From the NCBI GenBank assembly GCA_039028615.1, contig JBCCHT010000005.1:128001-192000 (forward strand): DNA of 64,000 nt. The letters run 5' to 3'. The stretch comes from Myxococcota bacterium. Its GTDB lineage: Bacteria > Myxococcota_A > Polyangia > Nannocystales > Nannocystaceae. Below are positions 52,304 through 60,508 of the stretch, piece by piece. The notes beneath the pieces are model-generated. The model saw nothing but the letters and a program-made list of their open reading frames with translations. It ran no database searches and had not been told where the DNA came from. Within the stretch, counting starts at the first letter, position 1, and each line of letters begins with the position of its first letter. A program made the translations under genes and the position numbers.

Positions 52304-54376
52304 CTAAAACCGCAGCCCCATGACGAAGCCGGGCCAGACCCGCACCCGCACTTCATCGACGGTGCTGCGGTAGACCTGCGGACCCCATTGGTAGAAGCCC
52401 GGCCGGGAGAGCAGCTCGGTCGTGCCGCGGTCGACCAAGACGTTCACCGTCGGGCCACCGAACACCGTTAGTCGCGAGTACGGACTCCAGCCGACCATGA
52501 AGCGCAGCTTGCCCAGCGGATCGGGCGTGGTGGGCGTGGAGAGGCCGCGGAACACCGCATGCCACCCCAGATCGATGTCGACGAACATCTTGTGCTGCAG
52601 CGGCACGTGCCCGCCGAAGCCGGCGCCGACGCGCCAGCTCTGTCCCGTTCCCGCGGGATGGATGGCCCCTTCGATGAACGAGTAGGTGTAGGTCGCAGGG
52701 AGTCGTAGTGCGACCCCGATGGCCGCGTCGTCGCTCAGCGTGATCTCGGGATGGACATTGCCCTCTCGGGTCACCGAGACGAGGCCGACGCCGGCATCGG
52801 TGCGACCGGCGAAGTTGAGCAGACCGACCTGGGCGCCTTTGACGTCCTTGCCCACGTTGACCAGGCCGAGCTGGAGGCCACGCATGGTGCCCACGATGTC
52901 GACCAGGCCCATCTGCACGCCGGGCTCTACGGTCTCGGCGTAGTTGACCATCGAGCTTTGGAATCCGGCGACGGAGCTGGCGTGGTTGAAGAACATCGAC
53001 AGCTGGGCCCCGTCGACTTGCCCCGCGAGGTTGCCCACCGTCGACAGCTGGGCTCCGTTCATGGCGCCTCGCACCACGCTCGCGCCTCCGGCCAGGGCGG
53101 CGCCGTCGAGCTGATCGACGCGGCTCCACCCGAGGGCGAAGCTGACTTTGTTGCGCAGCTTCTTGCCCGACTGGTCTTGGCCGTTGAGGCTGAGCGGCGG
53201 GAACACCCCCACGTTGACGGGAATGGTGGTGAACTCCGCTTCGGGGTCGGTCGGCGGGGCCGTGTCCCCGCGCTGCACGGTGGACTCGCGATCGACCTTG
53301 GTCAGGGCGTCGGGTTCGAGCGCCGCCACGCCGTCGGGACGCAGGGTGAGCTCGCCTCGCCACAGGTCTTGGCCATCGTCGACCCGCACCTGGTAGTGCC
53401 CGGGCTCGAGCGCCAGCGCGACCGTGCCGGAGCCCGGAGGCTTGTACAGCTCGGCGGCCAGCTTGCCCGCATCGTTGCGCACCGAGATGCGCCCACCGAT
53501 CGCCGACGAAAGCTCGATGCGCGCGGTGGTCTCGCGCAGGTCGGTCATGACCAGGTCGCCGGAGCCCGCCAGCTGGATGTCGTACGCGGCATGCTGAGCG
53601 CCGCCGCGGGTGGTCTCGGTGCGCGCGAGGGTCTCGTCGAACGCGAACTGGTAGGCCTCCGAAAGCGTGATGAGACGGTCGCCGTCGACATCCGCCGCCC
53701 CGCGCAGTCCGGTGGTGAAGTAGTGGGTGAAGAACGAGCCGCCGATGCGATCGGATTCCTGTGCCGCCTCGTCGATGGAGCTGCTGGTGAGGAACGCGTG
53801 GCCTTTGACGTCGGTGGTGTTGCTGACCAAAAAGGGCGCCCGCTTCTTGCCGCCCTTGGCTCGGGTGAAGGCCCCCGAGGCGCACGAGTCGAGCACCGCG
53901 ATGCGAACGTCGGCCGGGACCTTCTGCACGCGCTGGCGGAGCTGCTTGTACGAGACCCGGTCGCCGCCGAGCAAAAGGCCCTGCTCGTCGGAGTGCCCCG
54001 AGTAGTAGAAGATGAACTGGACGTGCTGGCCGTCGGCGCGAGCGGCCTCGATGCGCTCGCTGAGGGTGGCGAAGGCCTCCTCGAGGGCGGCGGGATCGGG
54101 GTCGGTGAGGGTGGTGCGGTCGTGGCCCGAGACGCCGCCGAAGCGCTCGAGCACGGCCCCCAGCGCCGCCGCATCGCTGCCCGCGTAGCGCAGCACCACC
54201 CGGTCGTGCCCGCCGTCGTTGGCGCCCACGACCAGGGCGAAGCGGCGCAGCGCCGGGGTGGGCACGGTGGTCTCGGCCGTGGCGTCGGTGGGCTGAGCCT
54301 CGGCGATCGTCACCGCGCCCAGGGCCACGAAGGCCCCGGCGAGCAGCGAGGGAAGGGCGGACCACAGGCGAGTCAT
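52304..54376 (-). CDS. Exported caspase-family (C14-like) protease with beta-helix repeats and probable outer-membrane beta-barrel
   Basis: Signal peptide; RRFALVVGAN, LRYAGSDA, catalytic FYYSGH and VLDSCASG, SFFTH, ADVDGDRLITLSE; GxQxGxxN repeats; C-terminal GFVMGLRF. Confidence 0.88.
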   Translation of the reverse strand: MTRLWSALPSLLAGAFVALGAVTIAEAQPTDATAETTVPTPALRRFALVVGANDGGHDRVVLRYAGSDAAALGAVLERFGGVSGHDRTTLTDPDPAALEEAFATLSERIEAARADGQHVQFIFYYSGHSDEQGLLLGGDRVSYKQLRQRVQKVPADVRIAVLDSCASGAFTRAKGGKKRAPFLVSNTTDVKGHAFLTSSSIDEAAQESDRIGGSFFTHYFTTGLRGAADVDGDRLITLSEAYQFAFDETLARTETTRGGAQHAAYDIQLAGSGDLVMTDLRETTARIELSSAIGGRISVRNDAGKLAAELYKPPGSGTVALALEPGHYQVRVDDGQDLWRGELTLRPDGVAALEPDALTKVDRESTVQRGDTAPPTDPEAEFTTIPVNVGVFPPLSLNGQDQSGKKLRNKVSFALGWSRVDQLDGAALAGGASVVRGAMNGAQLSTVGNLAGQVDGAQLSMFFNHASSVAGFQSSMVNYAETVEPGVQMGLVDIVGTMRGLQLGLVNVGKDVKGAQVGLLNFAGRTDAGVGLVSVTREGNVHPEITLSDDAAIGVALRLPATYTYSFIEGAIHPAGTGQSWRVGAGFGGHVPLQHKMFVDIDLGWHAVFRGLSTPTTPDPLGKLRFMVGWSPYSRLTVFGGPTVNVLVDRGTTELLSRPGFYQWGPQVYRSTVDEVRVRVWPGFVMGLRF

Positions 54377-54936
54377 GGGCGCTTTTCGAGCGTGACGGAG
54401 CGTTGTTGCCAGCGACGGGGCAAGGGCAGGGGAGAGTGTCGCGCGTCGGGGCCTCGGGTCGTCACCCGCTGCGCGGCATCGAGGGCCGCGGGCACGTCGA
54501 TGGGATCGTGACCCGAAGTGATGAAGACGAACCGTTCATAGGATTGTGCATCGTCGAGCTCGTAGGCGTGATCCAGCGCATGGAGGCCGGTGCGAACGAG
54601 GCGAGTCGATGCCTGGGGACCCGAAGGATGGTGCAAGGTCACTTCTCCTCGACCATCGATCGACAGCACGACCCCGTGTTGGTTGCCTGCCGCCACATAG
54701 CTTATCTGCACCAGATCTCCGGCATGCGCCACGGCACCCTCGGACAGCTCTTCGATAGTCCCGTCACGCTGCCGATGGATCACCAGATGTGGCGCCAAAC
54801 CTTTGATTCGGACCGGATCCGTCCGGTCCTCGTCGCGCGGGTCCGCAGGCGCCGGGCGCTCGCGGTCGGGCTCGATGGGGGTGCAGGCGACCGCGAGCGC
54901 AAGCACCGCAAACCACATGGGGATGAGCTTCGGCAT
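54373..54936 (-). CDS. Lipoprotein consisting of a DUF4384/ActD-like domain
   Basis: LAVAC lipobox; RIKG...GDLVQISY...VVLSIDGRGEVTLHHP...AYELDDAQSYERFVF; stop overlaps the caspase ATG. Confidence 0.75.
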   Translation of the reverse strand: MPKLIPMWFAVLALAVACTPIEPDRERPAPADPRDEDRTDPVRIKGLAPHLVIHRQRDGTIEELSEGAVAHAGDLVQISYVAAGNQHGVVLSIDGRGEVTLHHPSGPQASTRLVRTGLHALDHAYELDDAQSYERFVFITSGHDPIDVPAALDAAQRVTTRGPDARHSPLPLPRRWQQRSVTLEKRP

Positions 54937-54952
54937 CCTCGTCGCCCCCTTC

Positions 54953-54979
54953 AACACCGACGCGGCCCGTCCCTGTCCC
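54953..54979 (-). promoter_or_regulatory. Putative ECF promoter, copy 1 (lipoprotein-caspase operon)
   Basis: Minus strand GGGACAG-N12-TCGGTGTT, 16 nt upstream of ATG 54936. Confidence 0.65.
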
Positions 54980-55004
54980 CGGGTTGAGATTTTTGAGGGC
55001 AAGT

Positions 55005-55031
55005 GTGACGCTTCGGCCCGCCTTCGGTGTT
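55005..55031 (+). promoter_or_regulatory. Putative ECF promoter, copy 2 (sigma/anti-sigma, autoregulatory)
   Basis: GTGACGC-N12-TCGGTGTT, 26 nt upstream of the sigma start. Confidence 0.75.
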
Positions 55032-55057
55032 GCACGGACCGGACGCGGGGCACCCCT

Positions 55058-55555
55058 TTGGCCGTCGACGTCGATTTGATGTACCGCCGCTACGGACCGA
55101 TGGTCCTACGGCGCTGTCGGCAGATCCTCGGGGATCCGCAGCAGGCTCATGACGCCATGCAGGATGTCTTCGTACAGCTCGTGCGCAGCCAGGAGCGCCT
55201 CGACGATCGGGGCAGCTCCAGCCTGCTTTACCGCATGGCCACCAACCATTGTCTCAACCGACTGCGCTCGGCCCGGCGCAAGCCCTCCGATCCCGATACC
55301 GACGCCATCGCCCGCCTGGCCGCGGCGGGGGCCGAGGTCGATCGCGGCGAGGCCCGGGCGGTGCTCCGTCGGCTCTTCGGGGGCGAGCCCGAGTCGACCG
55401 CCACCATCGCGATGCTGCACCTGCACGACGGCCTGACCCTCGAGCAGACGGCGGAGCAGGTGGGCATGTCCGTCTCCGGGGTGCGCAAGCGCCTCCGCAA
55501 GCTCCGGGCCGCGCTCACCGATCTGTCGGCCGACGCCGCCGAGGTACGACCATGA
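55058..55555 (+). CDS. ECF RNA polymerase sigma factor
   Basis: TTG start (MAVDVDLMYRRYGPMVLRRC); region 2 AHDAMQDVFV...LLYRMATNHCLN; region 4 DGLTLEQTAEQVGMSVSGVRKRL. Confidence 0.9.
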   Translation: MAVDVDLMYRRYGPMVLRRCRQILGDPQQAHDAMQDVFVQLVRSQERLDDRGSSSLLYRMATNHCLNRLRSARRKPSDPDTDAIARLAAAGAEVDRGEARAVLRRLFGGEPESTATIAMLHLHDGLTLEQTAEQVGMSVSGVRKRLRKLRAALTDLSADAAEVRP

Positions 55556-56412
55556 ACGAACCGTCGCCCAAGCCCGTGCCCGATCTATGGGTAGAGAAGC
55601 TCGCGCTCGGTGAGCTTCCCGAGGCGGAGGCCGAGGCCCTGCGCGCGCGGCTCGAGGCCGATGGAGACGAGCGACTCGTGGCGATCGAGCACTCGAACGA
55701 GGCCATCTTGCGCGAGCATCCACCGGCCGAGGTCGCCGCCGAGATCGAGCGACGCCTGCGAAGGCTGGAGACCGAGGCCGAAGCGCCGAGACGCCCGATG
55801 TTCTGGGTCTGGGCGCCCGTGGCCGCCGTCGCCTGTGTCGGCGTGATCTGGTTGGTGAGAGGGGCCGGCTCGTCCGACGAGGGCCTCGCTTCGAAGCCGG
55901 ATTCCGAGCTCATCGCCCGCGGCGATCCGAGACCGACGGTGGACTCCGCGGGGGCAGCCGCCGATGCTGGTCCGGAGACCATCTATCTCAAGGGCGACCC
56001 CCAGCTCATCGTCGATCGCATCGAGGCGGGACGTCTCGTTCGCATGGATGCCGAGCACGCGGTGGCCTCGGGGGACCGGCTCCAGCTGGCGTACTTGGCC
56101 AACGGTGCGGCGACGGGGGTCATCGTCTCCATCGACGGGGCCGGGGTGGCCACGCTTCATTTCCCCGAGACGGAAACCGCGGCTGCGACGCTTCGCCACG
56201 GAGGGTCGATACCTCTGCGCACGAGCTACGAGCTCGACGACGCCCCCGACTACGAGCGCTTCTTCTTCGTGACGGCCGACGAGTCCGCGAAGCTGAGCGC
56301 GGCGCGGGTCATGGACGCCGCACGGGCGCTGGCCGGGAGCCCCACGGCGCAGCAGGGCTCGCTCGAGCTGCCCGCGGCGTGGCGTCAGCAATCGTTGACG
56401 CTGCGCAAGTAG
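55552..56412 (+). CDS. Putative anti-sigma factor: N-terminal helical domain, one TM, periplasmic DUF4384-like domain
   Basis: ATGA overlap with the sigma stop; PDLWVEKLALGELP; TM WVWAPVAAVACVGVIWLV; YLKG...GDRLQLAY...IVSIDGAGVATLHFP...SYELDDAPDYERFFF. Confidence 0.8.
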   Translation: MNEPSPKPVPDLWVEKLALGELPEAEAEALRARLEADGDERLVAIEHSNEAILREHPPAEVAAEIERRLRRLETEAEAPRRPMFWVWAPVAAVACVGVIWLVRGAGSSDEGLASKPDSELIARGDPRPTVDSAGAAADAGPETIYLKGDPQLIVDRIEAGRLVRMDAEHAVASGDRLQLAYLANGAATGVIVSIDGAGVATLHFPETETAAATLRHGGSIPLRTSYELDDAPDYERFFFVTADESAKLSAARVMDAARALAGSPTAQQGSLELPAAWRQQSLTLRK

Positions 56413-56454
56413 CCGCCGCGAGTGTGACCTCGATCGCACCTGGGTCGGATCGAG

Positions 56455-56481
56455 GTGACGCGAACTCGGAGCGTCGGTGTT
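56455..56481 (+). promoter_or_regulatory. Putative ECF promoter, copy 3 (Cys-rich lipoprotein)
   Basis: GTGACGC-N12-TCGGTGTT, both boxes and spacing identical to copy 2; 10 nt upstream of ATG 56492. Confidence 0.75.
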
Positions 56482-56491
56482 CGAGGGAGTG

Positions 56492-57346
56492 ATGACAAAC
56501 CCGCTCTTGAACCTACGCTTGGACTTCATCCGCCGTCGCTGGGCCCTGGGAGGCCTGTTGGGTCTGGGACTCGGACTCGGCTGCACCTATACCGAGATCG
56601 GCGACTACCACGGCGTCGAGGCGTGCCACGACGAGTTCTTCGACTGTCTGGACGACGCCGACGACGAAAAGGACATCGAGGCCTGCGAGGTCGCCAAAGA
56701 CTCCTGTCTCGAGGCGTGCGTCGATGATGACGATTGGCGCGGCGACGAGGACGACGACGACAATGTCGACGATGCAGGCGACGACGCGGGGGCGGGCGAT
56801 GACGGAGACGAGCCCCCGGGAGACGACGGGCGGGTGCCGGATGATGACGGCGGAGCCGATGACGGCGGGGCCGATGACGGCGGGGCCGATGACGGCGGGG
56901 CCGATGATGGCGGAGCCGACGACGGGGGAGCCGACGGCGGTGGCGAGCCGCATCCCGCCTGCTTCGAGCTGCACGCGACCTGCGTGAGCCAGGCGACCAC
57001 CATCGCCGAGGTCGAGGCCTGCGAGGCGCTCTTCGACCAGTGCCTGGAAGCCGAGGAATGCGACGACACCTGCAAGGATCCGGCGTGCCCCGATCCCGAG
57101 GTCAGCGCGTGCCTCGAGATCCACGCCGCCTGCTCGGCGTCGGCGAGCTCGCCCGATGTGGTCGCGGCCTGCGGGGCGGCCTTCGATGCCTGCGTGCAGG
57201 GCATCGACGACTCGGCCTGTGTGCCGCACGACCCGTCCATCGTCGACGCGTGTCTCGAGCAGCATGAGCTGTGCACGACGTGCATCGAGGGCCCCGAAGA
57301 CCTCTGGGTTTGCCAGGACGTCTTCGATGCATGCCTGGCGGGGTAG
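56492..57346 (+). CDS. Acidic lipoprotein with four twin-CX6C helical-hairpin repeats
   Basis: GLGC lipobox; CHDEFFDC/CEVAKDSC, CFELHATC/CEALFDQC, CLEIHAAC/CGAAFDAC, CLEQHELC/CQDVFDAC. Confidence 0.75.
   Translation: MTNPLLNLRLDFIRRRWALGGLLGLGLGLGCTYTEIGDYHGVEACHDEFFDCLDDADDEKDIEACEVAKDSCLEACVDDDDWRGDEDDDDNVDDAGDDAGAGDDGDEPPGDDGRVPDDDGGADDGGADDGGADDGGADDGGADDGGADGGGEPHPACFELHATCVSQATTIAEVEACEALFDQCLEAEECDDTCKDPACPDPEVSACLEIHAACSASASSPDVVAACGAAFDACVQGIDDSACVPHDPSIVDACLEQHELCTTCIEGPEDLWVCQDVFDACLAG
56843..56932 (+). repeat. Six tandem 15-bp coding repeats (DDGGA)
   Basis: gatgacggcggggcc unit and variants. Confidence 0.9.
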
Positions 57347-57351
57347 GCCCG

Positions 57352-57389
57352 GGCCGGCCCGTAGCGTCGCTGCGGGCCGGCCACTTTTT
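57352..57389 (+). terminator. Intrinsic terminator closing the ECF module
   Basis: ggccggcccg / cgggccggcc stem followed by acttttt. Confidence 0.8.
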
Positions 57390-57400
57390 GAGCGGCCGCC

Positions 57401-58603
57401 TCAGCGCACGAACAGGTTGAGCGCGTAGTTGGGGTTGAGCGCGGTGTTCTCGGTGTTCTCGGCGAAGTCGCGCTCTTCGAGAAAGGTGGAGCCGGAGTCG
57501 AACGAAGCTTGGTTGACCGCGGTGGTGCCGATGCCATGGTCGGCTCGGGAGCACAGTTCGCCTCCTCCCCCGATCATGATCACCGCCCCGTCGCCGGACC
57601 CCCACGCCGCCCAGAACGAGACCGAGTAGGGCCCGCCGATGTCGGCCAGATCGCAGGTAGCTTGGCCGAAGCCTTCCGTCGCGGCGTAGTTGTTGCCGAG
57701 GTCGACGTCGCAGCTTCCGGCCACGGAGTTCTGGCCCCAGACCGCGCCGTTTTGGAAGTCGCCGAAGCTGGTGATGTGCTCGCGGAAGGTCCCCCCGCCG
57801 AGGCAGTCGTCGGTGGTCTGGAGCAGGAAGCCGTCGTCGGGGTTGTCGGTGCGCGAGAGCTTGAACTCGTCGGCGGGCACGGACCAGAACGCGGCCGAGA
57901 GCAGGTCCTCGTTGGCGTCGCGCGAGGTCGGCTGCCCCGATTCGACGGTGGTGACGTACCACCACTCGCCGCTGTCGAGCATCCAGCTCTCGGCGTCGGC
58001 GTTCGAGAAACGAGCGGCGAGGGTCCAGCCGCCGTCGTCGGTCTCCATGTCGCAGTACACGCTGAAGGGTGCTTCGCCGCCCGTCCCGTCGGGATCGATG
58101 ACATAGGCTCCGCTGCCGACGCTGGGCTCGACTTCGATGATGTGCTGGCAGGTCAGGGCGACGGTGCAGTCGGGCAGGCAGCCGTCGTCGAACTCGAGGT
58201 TACCGTCGTCGCACTGCTCGAGCGGCTCGAGCCGCCCGTTGCCGCAGGCCGGCTGCTGCTCGCCGGAGTCGGTGGATTCGTCTTCCTCTCCGCCCTCCGA
58301 GCCTTCCGAGGAGCCCACCGAGGCCCCGGGCAACAGGCCGCTCGTCGTGGAGTCGGCGACATCGGTGGTCGACGCATTCGAAGGCGAGTCGCCCGTGCTC
58401 GAGCCGAGCGACGGTCGTTCCGTGTCCATGGCACCTGCCGTCGTGCTGCCTCCTGAGAGAGGGTCGTTGCCGAACGCCGGGTTCGGCCTCGTGCACGAGG
58501 TCGCCGCGAGCACCATGGTGAGTGCAATGAGTCGATTCAATGGGCTGACGTCCTTCCGCGATTCAGAGCCGGGCCAACCCCCTTTGTAGTCGGGTCCCTT
58601 CAT
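57401..58603 (-). CDS. Lipoprotein with Cys-rich repeat and fibrinogen-C/intelectin-like domain (start possibly TTG 58540)
   Basis: ATSC lipobox; CGNGRLEPLEQCDDGN; SGAYVIDP...VYCDMETDDGGWTL. Confidence 0.8.
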   Translation of the reverse strand: MKGPDYKGGWPGSESRKDVSPLNRLIALTMVLAATSCTRPNPAFGNDPLSGGSTTAGAMDTERPSLGSSTGDSPSNASTTDVADSTTSGLLPGASVGSSEGSEGGEEDESTDSGEQQPACGNGRLEPLEQCDDGNLEFDDGCLPDCTVALTCQHIIEVEPSVGSGAYVIDPDGTGGEAPFSVYCDMETDDGGWTLAARFSNADAESWMLDSGEWWYVTTVESGQPTSRDANEDLLSAAFWSVPADEFKLSRTDNPDDGFLLQTTDDCLGGGTFREHITSFGDFQNGAVWGQNSVAGSCDVDLGNNYAATEGFGQATCDLADIGGPYSVSFWAAWGSGDGAVIMIGGGGELCSRADHGIGTTAVNQASFDSGSTFLEERDFAENTENTALNPNYALNLFVR

Positions 58604-58796
58604 CTGGTTACGACCGAAACTCGATGAGTTTGGCCGAAGTCTCAGGTCGCCATGATGGGGCTGAATCCCTGCTTCAGCGGTCGATTACGGGGTTCAGCTC
58701 GAAAGTCGCCGTCCACTCGGACCACCGCATCATCTACGGTTCGTCCCATCGTCCAGACCTACGCCGACTGGCAGAGTCGGCCAAGTGTGACATCGA

Positions 58797-60350
58797 TCAG
58801 TCGACCCATCCTTGCAGGAACCAACTTCGTCGGACTCGGTCGTAGAACACCCACAAGATTTCACCGGATTGGGTCTCGACGAAGTAGTAGTCCCGCTCGA
58901 CCGTGCGCACCCACCATCCTCCGCTGATGCGATAGGGCCCCTGGATCGAGCGGACCGGGCCGCGATGACCGAGCCAGGCCTCGGGTTCATGACGAGGGGG
59001 GCTGGGCAATCGCTGGGGCCGAGGCAGCAGGCGGCGGACCAGCGGTGTCGGCTCGGGAGCGGGGGGCTGGGTGCCCGGCTCGATCGGAGTGCCCACGACC
59101 TCGGGACGCGCGAAGCCGATCTCGCCGATGGGCTCCCACGCAAAGCGAGCCTCGGGCAGGTGGGCTTCGCGGAGCTGAGCGCGGGTGACCGCCTCGGGCC
59201 CCAGCCAGGCACGGAGCCGTGCGAGGGCTCGGGCGGCGGCATCGAGATCGCGGCGGGCCTGGGTTCGGAACAACGCCAGCTGCCCCGGTGCGGCCTCGAC
59301 CCCGGCCAGCTCCAGCACGATTTCCTCCACGGGGGCGTCCAGGGTCGCGGCATCGAGGCGCAGGCGAACCAGATCGATCACCATTGGCTCGTCCAGGGTC
59401 GGGCGCGCGGGCTCGATGCGTTCTTCGTGCGGCTCGGCGTGGTCGAGGTGCAGGCGCAGGTGCAGCGCGGTCATGGCCTGGTGGCGCCCCGCGAGCTCGA
59501 CCATCAGGTCGTGCAGCATGCTCTTGATGAGGAAGAGCAGCCGCGAACGGTCGTCGTCGGGCGGCTCGATCTGCTTGGTGGTGCGAACCGGATCGACGAT
59601 GGCGCGGGGCTGAAGCGGAGCCCAGCCATCGCTGGCGCAGGCGTGCAGCTGGGCCGCCGCCTCTCCGAAGCGCGCCCGCAGGTCGGGAGCGGGGAGGGCG
59701 AGCAGCTGCCCCAAGGTCCGAACCTCGAGTCGCCGGAGCCCCTCGCGAGCCTTGGCCGGCATCGATAGCTCGACCAGCGGCACCTGGTCGGCGGCCTTCC
59801 GCTCCGCGCCCGGATCGTCGAGTACCCACACGCCCCGCCGAACCCGAGCCAGCGCGTGACATCGAAATCGGTGGTAGCCCACGACCACCGTCGAGCGCAG
59901 CGACAGCTCGGCCATCGCGCTGACGACCGCGTGACCCCAGTGCTCGAAGCTGGTGAACAAGGGCACCATGCCCGAGGGGTCGAGCCAGAAGGTCCCGGGT
60001 GCGCCCTCGACCTGTCGCTGCGGGGTGGCGGTGCGTTGGGCGGCCTCGATGCGCGGCGAAAAATCCTGCAGGCGTCGGACCACCTGCTCGATCGTCTCGT
60101 CGATCTGCTCGGGTCCCACCACACCCGCCCGGACCCCCGCGTCCAGGCTCTGCGCGGCGGCGTAGCTCATGCCGGGACGAATGCGGGATCGTTGCGCGTG
60201 CTCGTTGACCCACTGCACCTCGGCTTGCGGGCGGTCGTCGGCGACCACCACCACCGCGCTGTTGGCCCACGTCGGCTCGCGGCGCAGCAGCAGCTGGAGA
60301 GGTAACGCCGGCACTTCGAGGCATGCGGCACGGTCGTGAAGGGCGGACAT
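58797..60350 (-). CDS. imuB: ImuB, catalytically inactive Y-family polymerase
   Basis: ACLEVPALPLQ, VNEHAQRSRIRPGM, FSPRIE, LRRLEVRTLGQLLALP...RFG, GPYRISGGWW, ERDYY, WFLQGWVD. Confidence 0.9.
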   Translation of the reverse strand: MSALHDRAACLEVPALPLQLLLRREPTWANSAVVVVADDRPQAEVQWVNEHAQRSRIRPGMSYAAAQSLDAGVRAGVVGPEQIDETIEQVVRRLQDFSPRIEAAQRTATPQRQVEGAPGTFWLDPSGMVPLFTSFEHWGHAVVSAMAELSLRSTVVVGYHRFRCHALARVRRGVWVLDDPGAERKAADQVPLVELSMPAKAREGLRRLEVRTLGQLLALPAPDLRARFGEAAAQLHACASDGWAPLQPRAIVDPVRTTKQIEPPDDDRSRLLFLIKSMLHDLMVELAGRHQAMTALHLRLHLDHAEPHEERIEPARPTLDEPMVIDLVRLRLDAATLDAPVEEIVLELAGVEAAPGQLALFRTQARRDLDAAARALARLRAWLGPEAVTRAQLREAHLPEARFAWEPIGEIGFARPEVVGTPIEPGTQPPAPEPTPLVRRLLPRPQRLPSPPRHEPEAWLGHRGPVRSIQGPYRISGGWWVRTVERDYYFVETQSGEILWVFYDRVRRSWFLQGWVD

Positions 60351-60355
60351 AGTGA

Positions 60356-60376
60356 GCTGAACGCTTGCGCAGTGTA
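60356..60376 (-). promoter_or_regulatory. Myxococcus-type LexA box overlapping the -10 element of imuB
   Basis: Minus strand CTGCGCAAGCGTTCAGC (60372-60356) matches 15/17 of CTRHAMRYBYGTTCAGS; overlaps TACACT (60376-60371). Confidence 0.75.
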
Positions 60377-60508
60377 GCCTCGGAGCGAGGGATCTGAGAA
60401 CTGCGCACTAGACGCAATGGGCCGCTCAGAGTGCGCTGAGAAGGGCTTTGAACTGTGTTCGGAAAAAAGTCCGCGCATCGGTTTCGATCGCATCACACTT
60501 GGTCCCAA

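Noticed and set aside
56843..56932. 15-bp repeat as a possible CRISPR or iteron array
   Set aside because: In-frame coding DDGGA linker without spacers
60448..60462. ttgaac-tgt-gttcgg as a second LexA box
   Set aside because: Spacer is 3 nt rather than 4 and the half-sites are imperfect
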